Below, piece by piece: positions 50,201 to 62,150 of a stretch of 64,000 nt of DNA. The translations under genes and the position numbers were made by a program. How positions within the stretch are numbered: position 1 is the first letter of the stretch; every line of letters begins with the position of its first letter. The notes under the pieces are model-generated. The model saw only the letters and a list, made by a program, of their open reading frames with translations. It searched no databases and had not been told where the DNA came from. Source of the DNA: Octopus bimaculoides (taxonomy: Eukaryota); the NCBI RefSeq assembly GCF_001194135.2, contig NC_068984.1, forward strand, positions 32,075,327-32,139,326. Reading direction: 5' to 3'.

Positions 50201-50958
50201 GTAACTTGCAAGACAAAAACCCCCTTGGTAGGGAGGAGGAGTAGTAGTGAATGGCGTGGCTTTGTGCCACTTGATGAGAGATTAGAAGTATAGAGAGACA
50301 GGGATAGGAGTTTTGTTGAAGAGTAGATACACGAACACTCCAGTTGAAAAGGAATAGAGGGTGAGTTAGAAGAAGATAAGGAGAGCAAACGATAGAGGTG
50401 CTCCAGCATGACTACAGCCACATGGCTGAAACAAGTAAAAGAGAGTAATAGAAAGGAGATGGTGTCTAAGATGTGCTAAGACATGCCCTCAAGGGAAATT
50501 GGGGGTTGTGAGAATAAGTGGAATGATACAGAGGTTTGGACTGTGTGGGCAAGATAAAAATGACCGAGGCAAATGATGAAGTGAAACGTAGACGTTCAGG
50601 GACAGAGGTTGCAGTAGGTAAAGGCATTGAGTGTATTAGCAGACAAGCAAAGTGTTAAATAATGGCAGACAACATAGGCGAGAGAAGGCAAAGAAAAGAG
50701 GTGATTTGTGGCGACAGTAGGTTGGGAAAGATAATGAGAAATGCAAGTAGTTTGGGGTGGAAAAGGAAGTAACTGAGAAAGCTGGGGACGTAGTATGTGT
50801 TTAGTCTGCTCTCAGGTGGCACCTACATATGCAGGCACACACACTTATGTACATACTTATATGTACGCATTGCGTATATTTATATACGTGTGTGTGATAG
50901 GATGGTTGAATCTGTTCTTTTTAATGTTTTAAGCCATACTTGTAAATGTCTAATGTAT

Positions 50959-50999
50959 ATTTAGAGGGTATTACAGAGTCCAAGTAACTTGGTAGCAAA

Positions 51000-51046
<47 letters not shown>

Positions 51047-51136
51047 CTCATACATTCATACATACATGTATGAATGTATGAGTGTGTGTGTGTGCTTTGC
51101 TTCCAAGTTATTTGGACTCTGTAATACCCACTAAAT
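50959..51136. repeat. ~180-bp foldback palindrome enclosing CA/TG tracts
   Basis: atttagagggtattacagagtccaagtaacttgg pairs with ccaagttatttggactctgtaatacccactaaat; centre catacatgtatg. Confidence 0.9.
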
Positions 51137-51139
51137 GGA

Positions 51140-51911
51140 TGTTACTGTCTTACTTTTTGAGCACACTAATACTAAATATGATTCTCCCTGTGGAGTTTAT
51201 ATATATATACATATATATATATATATAAATTTAAATAATAAGGGGGGAAAAATTGAATATTAATTTGATTAATATCAATTTAAAACCAGTGGCCTAGCAT
51301 TATGAAAAATGGTGTTTGCTGAATTTTCTTGAGAACAATCTTTTCTTAGTGGTCAGACCATAGGTGGTCTACTTCTAGCAAAATGGATGTCCACTTAGTG
51401 GTCATCTCTCTTATATGTATGTATGTAATATAATTTTTCTGAATCTGCAGATTTTTCAATATGCTAGGCCACTGGTTTTAAATTGATATTAATCAAATTA
51501 ATATTCAATTTTTCACCCTTATTATTTAAATTTAAATAACCATGTTCTCTAACTGGCAAAATTCACTGCAGAGAATTATTTTCTGCAGAATTATTTCTGG
51601 TATTTGGTGTGCCAGAACAAAGACTTTTGAAATATAACCCCAAATGTAATTGGTAGAACTATATACTTGTTCAATCTCATGCAGATGTCTTGTGTATAGT
51701 TCTGCAAATTATATTGCCAAGACGATCATACTGAAGAGCTGCGGACAATTACGTAAGTAATTACGTAAGTGGTGACAATGAAACCAGTCTATGATTAATG
51801 TCTATATTTTGTATCTTTTCATTTGTCTTGCTCGCTTACGTTTCTTAGTGGTCAGACTATAGGTGGTCTACTTCTAGCAAAATGGATGTCCACTTAGTGG
51901 TCATCCCTCTC

Positions 51912-51981
<70 letters not shown>

Positions 51982-52036
51982 TCCACAGGGAGAATCCTAT
52001 TTAGTATTAGTGCAGTCAAAAAGTAAAACAGTAACA
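51140..52036. repeat. Nested inverted repeats (outer 51140-51196/51980-52036, inner 51227-51310/51451-51533) plus a ~72-bp direct repeat (51341-51412/51839-51912)
   Basis: Direct visual alignment of the arms. Confidence 0.9.
51724..51796 (+). ncRNA. Type I hammerhead ribozyme motif, decayed
   Basis: GATCATA-CTGAAGA-GCTG..CAAT-GAA-AC ca GT-C-TATGATT: 7-bp stem I, intact core, GUC cleavage triplet; stem II and III weakened. Confidence 0.55.
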
Positions 52037-52767
52037 ACCAATGATGTCAAAAGTATGAAAGAATTTATGTGTATACAAAAGTTAGAGTGGCATGTTATAA
52101 AGCATTGAGAAAAATTTATATAGATAAGAATTACTTGGCAGAGATAGAACAGGGGAAATAATACTGTGCTAGTAAAAGTAAATCTGTTTATACAATATTC
52201 AGTAGAAAGGAAGAAATGATTTTTGTTGATGAGAAAAATAAAAAATGAATGTAGAAAAGTTGAATATGGTAAAAAATAAATGACATATGGAAAGAAATCT
52301 GATGCATTGAGAGAAATCTGAAGAAGTATAATGTTTAAACTGTATAAAGGAAAAACTTTATAGAACGAATTATTTAACTATTGTAATGAATAATATCATA
52401 GACATTTCACCATCTCTTTAATTCCTGATTAACTTGTCCCACCATCATTATTATACAGGAAAATAAGGTAGAAACTAGAAGATGGGAGAATTTGAGAGTG
52501 ATAGAAATAATATAAGATTTATTCAGGCTATATAGCATTAGAGACAGCCTATCATTTACTGTCTAGATGTAAAATACTTCCTGGGAATTATGTTAAGAAG
52601 CAAGATTATATATGGATAGTCTTAACAGTAGCTTGCATAAAGGAAGAAGTACTTATTGAAGGAAATAATGATATGGCTTTTTCTAATCTTTTTTTTTTTT
52701 TTTTCATTGAATCTTCTATTAAAGTTGTTGGTGTAAATATTTTTTTCCAGCTATTTTTCTTGTTCAG

Positions 52768-52813
52768 ACTAAAGTTTCACCATAATGGAGGTGTCAGAAA
52801 AACAAGCCTACAG
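52768..52813 (+). CDS. Candidate small exon (RLKFHHNGGVRKTSLQ frame, or ATG at 52785 giving MEVSEKQAY)
   Basis: Strong acceptor tttttcttgttcag and donor CAG|gtaaga. Confidence 0.4.
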
Positions 52814-53059
52814 GTAAGATTTTATCTCTTACCACTCTACATCAATATCCACATCTTCATCGTTAGCAAAAGTTAGACAACAGTTCAATTTCAAAACTGA
52901 GAGTAGTCACTCTGTTGATAATGGAACATTATAGACAGGACGAGGAGAACCACTGTCAACATGATATGATCAGTGGGATGTGGTAACTATTTGATAAGGA
53001 AGGTATGATAATGTTTGAATATATTACTACGTAAAATATATCATATAATTTTGTCTGCT

Positions 53060-53420
53060 TTTTCATGATTGCATGGGGTTGATGGGTCATTGCTTGTCCA
53101 GTATCTCACTACTTTTCATTTCCTTTGCAAGAATCAGCATACTGAGATCAGGTCTCACCACTTCTTCTTCCTTTCCACTGGCTCCATCAATTTGTTTTGC
53201 TTGACTTCTTCACCCAAATATTATCCTTCATATGTATCACATATCCATATCTTGCACGCTACAGTTCATTCCTCCTAAGCTCATTTTCTCTCTCACTTCA
53301 TGTGTGCTCATCATTTATGTACATCCAAGCAGAGCTTGATTACCTCGGAAGATTATCATTATTTCTGTTACTAGCTTCCACATCTTTCTGGTCATCTTTA
53401 TCATCTACACATGTGATTGT
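53060..53420 (-). mobile_element. RTE-like LINE 3' fragment, highly degenerate
   Basis: Remnants resembling ..REKLG..gi.CSVQE..G..G.G.eeVVR.DL typical of RTE C-termini. Confidence 0.5.
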
Positions 53421-54187
53421 TTTTTATTAACATAGTTGTACATGCAGTTAATATATTTGACCATATTTTATTTCTCATGCCCTTCCAGTCTTGGTTATTC
53501 TTTATAGGTGAATGTCCTTTCTTTATAGCTTACTGCAACCAGTCAAAGAAAAGCCGATACCAAATATGCTAGTTTCAGGTTTTCTCTTGAAATATATAAA
53601 TATCTTGCATTATCACTTTATTTGATCTTTTAAAAGTAAATCCATAATTTTAAAATTTTCAATTATACATTCAATGCCATTGAAACATGACAACAACTAA
53701 AAGCTAGCAACAAAGTTCCAAATATTTTAAGCTTTTACATATTTCAAATTACCTAGCTTTACTTCAAACCATGATAACCAAAGTTACACTAAGATAGTTA
53801 TATAGAATAGCCATTTTCAGTACTTTGAAAAGTTATAGATTTCATTGCACTAGACATCAGGAAAACTGCTTCAGGACAGTGTAGCCTCAAAAGAGTTAAC
53901 TCAATGATTATTGAATTTATTTTTAGAACTTTTACATGTAGTATCTTACTACTGCACATAACTTTGTGAAGTGTCAGCAGTTCTCCATCAAGTTTTAAAC
54001 TATCTTTGGATTTAACTTTTATTATATTTCTAGAGTACCCATGGTATCAAAAGTAACAACAGTTTCAGGAAAGTTTGGAAATGTTTTAGAATAACAAAAG
54101 CAGTTTCATTTTGTCACACATTTTATTAGAAGTATATACACTATAGGGGAAAAACGAATTGGAAACAAAACATAGAGATTGCTTCTG

Positions 54188-54219
<32 letters not shown>

Positions 54220-54229
54220 NNNNNNNNNN

Positions 54230-54477
54230 TGGTAGATGGAAACTGAAAGAAGCCTGTTGTATGTGGTGTGTGCATGTGCTGTTTCTTTGTGTCTATATTT
54301 GTTCCCCACCCCAGCATTTGACAACCAATGTTGGCATATTTACGTCCTTGTAACTTAGCAGTTCAAAAAGGCTTACAAAGAATAAATCCTGGGGTCAAGT
54401 TCTTCAACTAAAACCCTTTGAGGCAGTGCTCCCGGATGGCCACAGTCACATGGCTGAAACAAATAAAAAAAATTAAA

Positions 54478-54480
<3 letters not shown>
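54230..54480 (+). mobile_element. Family 2 SINE; another copy at 57040-57375
   Basis: ggaaactgaaagaagcc..tgacaaccaatg..ggatggccacagtcacatggctgaaacaa. Confidence 0.8.
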
Positions 54481-54519
<39 letters not shown>

Positions 54520-57500
54520 CATCATCACCATTCAACATCTACCATCCATATATTTCCTTAGTTAGAAACAGGTGAGAGTTGGCAAAAAGAAGGGCATCCT
54601 GTCTTAGAATATCTGCCTCTAGGAATTCTACCTGACCTAAGCAAGCTTTGAAAAGTGAATGTTGAAATGATTATGATTATAAGGATGATGATGAGGAGGA
54701 TACATATACATACACATACATACATCTCATGTAAGGGAGCTGGTTGAAGTTGAGCGTATGAATATAAAATACCTTACAGCTGTATTTTCTTTGAATAATA
54801 ACTGACACACATTGTTATAGCTTTTATTCCAAACTGCTCTCAGTTAAATTTGCTTGCTTATTTTTACTTTAATTGCCATTCTGGTAATTTAATGAATGAT
54901 GAAAACCTCATCCTACTACTCACATTCATTTTACTTCTATTGTCATTCACCCACTCTTTCAATACCAATGCAAAGAAAACTAGAAGCCTCCTACTTCCAT
55001 GTTACTGTGTACTGGTGCCTAATTCTTTAAGTGCAAACTAACTGCCACTCATGTATAGTGGTGTTCATATTAGATAATGTACTTCTAAATATACTACCTG
55101 ATAATGGCAAAATAGTCACAAACGGGGCTGCTTCCATTATAAGTCTGCTCAATCAAGACTAACCGAGGGCTAAATGACAACAACAGTATAAGACAATCAG
55201 ATTAGATTGTGAAATATATTCTTCATGCTCCAAATGCCCCGGAAAATTATTGCATGTGGCTAACTGTAGTTTGGAGAAAGCAAAGTATAATTTTGATGTA
55301 TTAATGTAGGGTGTATGATTTATGAGATGCTCCTATACACCACATAAATAGATACTATTATGTCATATATTTTATTGAGGAGAACTGACAAAGCTACTTA
55401 GCAAAACAACAACAACAGGATCAATTTCAATAATGCTGCTTGCAGCATATACAGAGAATTAAATAGATCTTATTCACACTTGACACCACGATTTCTAAAT
55501 GATCTAAAATTACAAGTATAGAACCTAAGAAAATATATTTATAAAATTTCTAAATTTTTTTTTCGGTATTTCTTTTTAAAAACTCAATCTAAAATTCTGA
55601 AAAGTTTCTAAACCTATATAAGTTGTACAGTGTGGTCTGAAGTGTTACTTTAAAAAATAGATTTATAATTTAAGGTCATAAAGTAATCAGTGACAGTTGC
55701 ACAAAATGGGAAGAACTTGTGATAAAATAAAATAATTCTGAAGAAATGAGATTCCAAAACTCTCCACACAGAAAAGCCTTAAGAAAATTGGAGCCTTCTT
55801 TGCAGCTTGTGGAAACAGATAGCACTTTCATTTGATTTCAGTATAAATAATGGAGCCTATTTGTCTTGGTTTTAAAATCATTTTTACTACCATTCCGATT
55901 GTGTTGATTGCTGGATAAACTCAAGATACATATTATTGTGTCAGAAAGTCATATTTGAAGAGCTACATAAAAACATAATAGAGAATCACAAGTACAAATA
56001 TGCACACTCTCTCCCGTTCTCTCTCACCTTTTCGCATACATTCTTACTAAAAGCAATTAAATTTTTTTTTTTTTTTTGCCTGGAGAAAAGGGATCAGCCC
56101 AGGGTATTTGCTGGCCCTCTGCAACCAATGTGACTTATATACTTAACAGTACTTTTGAAAGATTGTAAAACCATGGCTGAATGAAAAACATGCCAAAAAA
56201 AATTTACATAGAGAAAGTATCCTGTAGAAGAAAGGTTCGGTTTAGTGCAAAGCCTAGGGAGATAGGACACAACATGGGTGATGAAAGACAAGAGAATCAA
56301 TACTACCTGAATAGAGATAATGTATGAAAAGTAAGCCCTGAAAATCAAAGGCTACTGCAGTTGAAGTTGAAGAAAGAGAGAGACAGGGACAGGGCAGAAG
56401 GCAGCAACGTATCTATAAGTCAGAGAGATTAGAATGCAATTGTGAGGAACTGTGTGCCAATCAAATAAGTGGCTTTTATATGGATTCAGTGGAGAATGTG
56501 AGAGGAGTACTCCACTGTAGGTGGGAATGGTGGCAAAGCTCACTAAAGTTTTGCAGAGAATTTGTATATAAGGGCCACTCACTTGAGATGCAGTTTTTGC
56601 TATGTTCTGTGGTACTTTTCACCCCTGTTCTTTTGTACTTTTGTTTCAGTCATTGGACTGTAACCATACTTTGAATGACTCCAGTACCTTGAATGACTCC
56701 AATACCATACTTTGAATGACTCTTAATGACCCCAGTACATATTTTAATGTGTTGCACTTACTGCATAATTCCCTCTTTTATTGCACATCTTACATATTTT
56801 ACTTAAACATAGAAGCATCATTTTTAAATGTTCTTTGTGCAAGCACAAATATAGAAATCAAGATGTGGAAGGCAATTAAGCCTCAAAGAAACTACCAATA
56901 TTACCCAACTAAATATAAAATAAATATAGTATACTATTGAATGTGATTCTTCAATTTAATGATTACCTGTCTTTAAGGACAACTATACATAAATATACAT
57001 ACATGTGTATAATTATACCGATACATGGGTGCAAGTGTCTTCTAAATAGACTTGGGCCAAAGTCTTGTGGTCTTCTGAGAGGATTTGACAGATAGAAACT
57101 GAAAGAAGCCTGTAATACACACACACACACACACATACACACACATATTCATATATCTGTGTGTGTTGTTGCATTTATGTTTGGCCCCCACCACCACTTG
57201 ATAATTGGTGTCTGTTTGTTAATACTCTTATAACTTTGCAGTTCACCAAAATGGTGTGATAGAATACATCAGGTTTCAAAAGAATGTACTGGGGAAATTT
57301 GTTTATCTAAATACTTCAATGCAGTGCCCCAGCATGGCCGCAGTCCAATGACTGAAACAAGTAAAGAGTAAAAAGAAGACTGATACACATGCACAAATAT
57401 ACATATACGTGCATGTATGTATAAATGCACACTTGTTAGCCCTCAATATTTGTATAAAACAACATTATCAGTGTGTCTTTTTCTATATCGCCCTGTAGCA

Positions 57501-57689
57501 AAAAACCAATTTATCTTGGTAAATGAACCACAGGTTTACAAATTTGACTGTTACAAGTTTTGAATTTTGATTATTAGGATTTCAACATCAATCTCAGGAC
57601 TTATCTATTAACCAGGTGTATATTTATCTGCAGAGTTATTTTACCTGATCCTTTATTAATCCGTCTTTGTTTTGCTATTTGACTACATA

Positions 57690-57862
57690 AATACGTACAT
57701 ACATACATGCATACATACATACATACATACCTACATGCATACATACATACATACATGCATGCATNNNNNNNNNNTACATACATACATGCATGCATGTATA
57801 TATACATGCATGCATGCATATATACATGCATGCATGCATACGTACATACATACATACATATA
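57690..57862. repeat. Compound (ATAC)/(ATGC) alternating purine-pyrimidine microsatellite
   Basis: Visible directly; contains a 10-N gap. Confidence 0.95.
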
Positions 57863-58016
57863 AACTAGCAAGTTTTAGGGAACAATAAATATTCCATACC
57901 AGGTGAGACAACTCCTCTTGAGATGATGATGAAAGATTTCAATATTTCATCATTATTGTGGCTATGTGTGTGTGTGGAGTTTTCAGGACATTTATAAGGA
58001 AAAAGAAATAGATATA

Positions 58017-58064
58017 GTCTTTTAGCTGTTTCTGAGATGTTATGGATATCCCTTTATCAGAGAC
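58017..58064 (-). ncRNA. Hammerhead motif, degenerate (CTGATAA core; stem III mutated)
   Basis: GTCT-CTGATAA-AGGGATAT ccataac ATCTCA-GAAACAGCTAAA-AGAC. Confidence 0.5.
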
Positions 58065-58807
58065 GATGTGAGATGGTTAAATAGAGGTAAATATTTCAGT
58101 TTGAAATAGGAATTATTATGGAAAAGGAGGAGATAGGGGAATATAGAGGGAAATAGGAGAAGGAAAGTAGAAATATAAATATAAAATATATGAAGATATT
58201 GTAGTTGCAGTTCCATTATTCAAGGAAAGTGGTGTATAGAAGTGGTAAAAAATTTCCTGTACATGGTATGTAATTTCCAATTAATTTCATGTAATTCCAT
58301 GTTTAGTCATTTTAAAGTATGTGGCTGTGGACTCGGTGCTGCTCATTCGAAAGGGCCTTGTGGTGTGAATGAAAATTTGAGAATGTATTAGTAGTATTTG
58401 TGGATAGATGTTGGAGGGTGAGATGTGTATGTTTAGAATGAGATATGTCAAAATGGAAATAAGAAGAGAAAATGAGAGGAAAAAGGGAAAAGAGTGAAAA
58501 ATCTGAAGAAAGAGTGAAGGGAGTGAGAAAAGTGTTAGTTGGTGGTCAAGATAATGTGAGGGGAGGATGGGAGAGGAGTGGAGGAGATATAGGAAACCTA
58601 TGTACCATGTACAGGAAGCATTTTTACCTCTTCTATACACCATTTTCCTTGAATAATGGAACTGCAACTACAATATCTTCATATGTTTTATATTTATATT
58701 TCTACTTTCCTTCTCCTATTTCCCTCTATATTCCCTATCTCCCTCTTCTCCATAATAATTCCTTATTTTGAACTCAAATATTTACCTCTATTTAACCACC
58801 TCACATC

Positions 58808-58855
58808 GTCTCTGATGAAGGAATATCCGCAATATCCCAGATACAGCTGTAAGAC
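58808..58855 (+). ncRNA. Hammerhead motif, degenerate (GAAA changed to GATA)
   Basis: GTCT-CTGATGA-AGGAATAT ccgca ATATCCCA-GATACAGCTGT-A-AGAC; palindromic CAGCTG stem III, GUA triplet, 4-bp stem I. Confidence 0.6.
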
Positions 58856-60112
58856 TATATCTATATCTATTCCCTTATAAATGTCCTGAAAATTCCCCAC
58901 AACCTTGGCTTTGTTATCTCATTTTGTCTAATATATATATATACATATGCATGCTAATACAACACCCACATTAGACTCCTCACTCGTATCACTATCGAAC
59001 CAATAGTTTAACACCGTAAGTCCATACCACTTACTTAACATTACCAGCCACTCTTTGGGTCTTCTAGATACCAATACCTCTCGTATATATATCTTGAATC
59101 TTGAGCTTCCATATGGTTTCTGTTGTGTAGTTTCATTCATAAGGTATTAGTTGGCTCAATACTATAATAGAAGACACTTGCTTATATGCACAAAGCAGAC
59201 CAGAACCTATTATGTTTCTGTTAGAAGACTCAAAAGTTTTATGCCTAATTTTTATGAAATCTAACTCCATTCTTATTTATTTCATGGTAGTTTATATTTT
59301 TACAAACATGAAATATTCTGACATCAGTTGAAGTTTGCTGAACAAATTATAGTACAAATATTTTTAACAATTAGCTGCTCTTCATCGTAATAACCAATTG
59401 ACCACAACATAGTTGATAACACATTATATATTTGTACAGTGGACTGAAATAAGTATATTAATCTATATAGTCTAAAGTTGCAATGCAAATATTTGAGAAA
59501 GAGAGCTTTAACCATTTATCATATATTAACTTAAATGTAATTTAAAGTCTAAATCATATTCAAGACTTTTTAGTATCCATGACTGTTTTCTGGTTCTTTG
59601 AGTCTGGTGGGAAGAATTTATCTTCTGATCAGATACCTGGTTTGAATTCTTGCTACAGACTGGATTCTACTAAAACCATCCATGGACTGTTTTGTCATTT
59701 TAAATCATTGAATTGGATGAAATCTATTACCCAAAAGTACATAGATGTAAATCACCATACATTTATTAATCTATGTGCAACTTTCAAGAAGTTACCTAGA
59801 ATTTAATATTCTAAACCACTCCCACTTCACTCTACATACACCTCACACATAGCACGTACACATGCATGCATGGATGCACACACACACAGAGCTTGTATGA
59901 TATACTTGCTATATTTGATATCTGAAATTCATTTTATTCTTGTTCCTTTCACATTTGACTATCATCAAATCTAGTTTAATTTTAAATTGTTTATTGCATC
60001 TTAAAGTGAATAAGATGTTCCTTGTGGATCCCACAGGTGTCAAGTTACAATGTGAATAATGTCCCTCGTGAATGTAATTTTGAACTGAGCACTCTTGAGG
60101 TTTTTCATCACC

Positions 60113-60245
60113 TCATGGTATTAGTCTGGGTGGATATAAGCCTATCCCTGGTGGTACATTCTGCATTGTTTCCTCTTGCATCCAGTCCGCATGACTAACT
60201 GCTATATATAGCTTAAAGAACTTGGATTCAGAAGCCACTGTCTTT
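60113..60245 (-). CDS. Candidate terminal exon (R)KTVASESKFFKLYIAVSHADWMQEETMQNVPPGIGLYPPRLIP*
   Basis: Long polypyrimidine acceptor ttgtttctactttgcctccttgaacag; only one long open frame; non-repetitive sequence. Confidence 0.3.
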
Positions 60246-60859
60246 CTGTTCAAGGAGGCAAAGTAGAAACAAATGAGGTAATTATACAGCTGTCTTCTTT
60301 GTATGATATTTCTGAAATACATTTCCTTTTTCATATTCCTTTTGTGTTTAACTATTGTCTAATCCCAATTAATTTCTAATTACATGTTAAGTGAGTAATA
60401 TTTCATTAAATTAAATTAGTATGTGCTTTGACAGGCCTATCACACATACTTCCTCCTGTACACACTCACGCATATGCACATACAGATACACACACAAAAT
60501 TGTGCATATACATTCACATACAGATCAACTCAATGTATTTTGTATCATATGCTGATTCTAATTTCTGTCAAAAGCTTGTCTTGTCCTGAAACTAGCATGA
60601 TATGATACCATCTCATGTCTTGGAAGGATATGCTAGTGAAGGTTCAAAGGAAGAAAAAGTGGAAATTATAATGAATATATCTTTCATTGAAGCAATACTT
60701 AGATGATTTGGTAAGTTTTTTAATTGGATTACATCCAATGGCATGACATAAGATATTTTCTACATCACACCCCACAGCAGTACTCAAGAAGACCTATACT
60801 CCACAGTAGTACACAAGAAGACCTGTACTCCATAGCAGAAGTGTTAAAACCACTCCCCC

Positions 60860-61105
60860 TGGTGAAGAGGATTGGCCTACAATACTTCTGTGCTGGTGCT
60901 ATGTAAAAAGCATTTGTGCAGTGCCACGTAAAAAACACCTGGCACAATCTGAAAAGTGGATGATATTAGGAAGGGCATCCAGCAGCAGAAACCATGCCAA
61001 ATCAGACTGGAGGCTGGTGTAGCTCTCTAGCTTGCCAGCTCTGGTGAAACTGCCAATCCATGCCTGCATGGACAATGGATATTAAATGATGATGATGATG
61101 ATGAT
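60860..61105 (+). mobile_element. Family 3 SINE (Nin/RTE tail)
   Basis: gatattaggaagggcatccagcagcagaaaccatgccaaatcagactgg..catggacaatggatattaaatgatgatgatg. Confidence 0.85.
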
Positions 61106-61799
61106 AAATTTACTCAGTAAAGTCTCATTCCACCTACTCCAGACCCACAGAACTTGAAACGTTGTTAGTTTTGCATTGCTTACAATGATGGATTACATAG
61201 CACCCTATAGTACCTTGGTAGAAATGAAATAACCAAGATAAAGTTAAGCATCTTAACTATGTCCATAACATAATAGTGATGAGAGGTTACATGCTCCTGA
61301 CTTCATTGGTGAGAGTCTAATACATTATTAATGCTCTCATTGATTTGTAACATAAATACAAGACCTCACACTATTTCAGATGAGGTAATAATGAGTCATA
61401 TCAAACCAGTATTTAACTGGTTCTATTTTATCCACTTCAAAATAATAATAATAAAAATAAACTTTAATCATAATTTGAGCTCAGAATGTAAAGGATTTGA
61501 TTAAATACTGTTTGGTATTTTGTCCATAGTTCTGCCAATTCTGTTAATCCTCTCAATCACAGCATAAAGAGAATGAGGTGATTATAAATGAGGACCAGAA
61601 GTAGATTTGTCTTAGCTTCTATATGAATTCCAATATATAACTTTACTCTGAAGACAAAACCCAATTATCATTATTCCAGCTTCACTGGGTTAAGATTCAA
61701 CTCGATTGCTACCTTCTTTCTGCTAAAATACATAGCCTTTCTTTCATAACTATAGAAACAATAAAAACTTAAATAGAATAACTTTATTCTAGTTGAGCA

Positions 61800-62150
61800 A
61801 ACCTCCTTATGCTTTGAAACTGGATGCGAATGATTTCCCTCAATATCTATAGCAACATACTTCCAAATTACGAAAATGTTGCCTATAATCTGTAGAGGTT
61901 TCAGTGATATATAAGAGGGGAAGTAGTATTTTATACACCATAAGCTTTGTCATTTGTCTCAAATCATGATTTCCATATACTTGTTTGCTTAGATAAGTAG
62001 AGTTTACACCAATGCATTTTATACAGTGTTGAGTGCTGTATGAATACATGCATGGATTATGGAACTGTCCTCAATGCAACAGAAATAATCATTACAATCC
62101 ATGTAATGCAGCTTACAATGTTATTTATGAAAACACTATCTTTCTTTAAG
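61800..62150 (-). mobile_element. RTE/BovB-like LINE RT C-terminal fragment
   Basis: HDLRQMTKLMVYKILLPLLYITETSTDYRQHFRNLE matches RTE ..TKLKVYrAvvl.tLLYgcEtWtvYrrH.rkL. Confidence 0.75.

Larger units (their letters stand above)
57976..58896. mobile_element. Penelope-like element remnant: ~300-bp inverted pseudo-LTR pair (57976-58278 / 58592-58896), each arm with a hammerhead motif
   Basis: Arms align as reverse complements over ~300 nt; inverted pLTRs carrying hammerheads are a known PLE hallmark. Confidence 0.7.

Noticed and set aside
57918-57951. Additional hammerhead (gatgaaa..tttcatc stem)
   Set aside because: A stem II-like hairpin is present but the CUGA start and GAAA are missing
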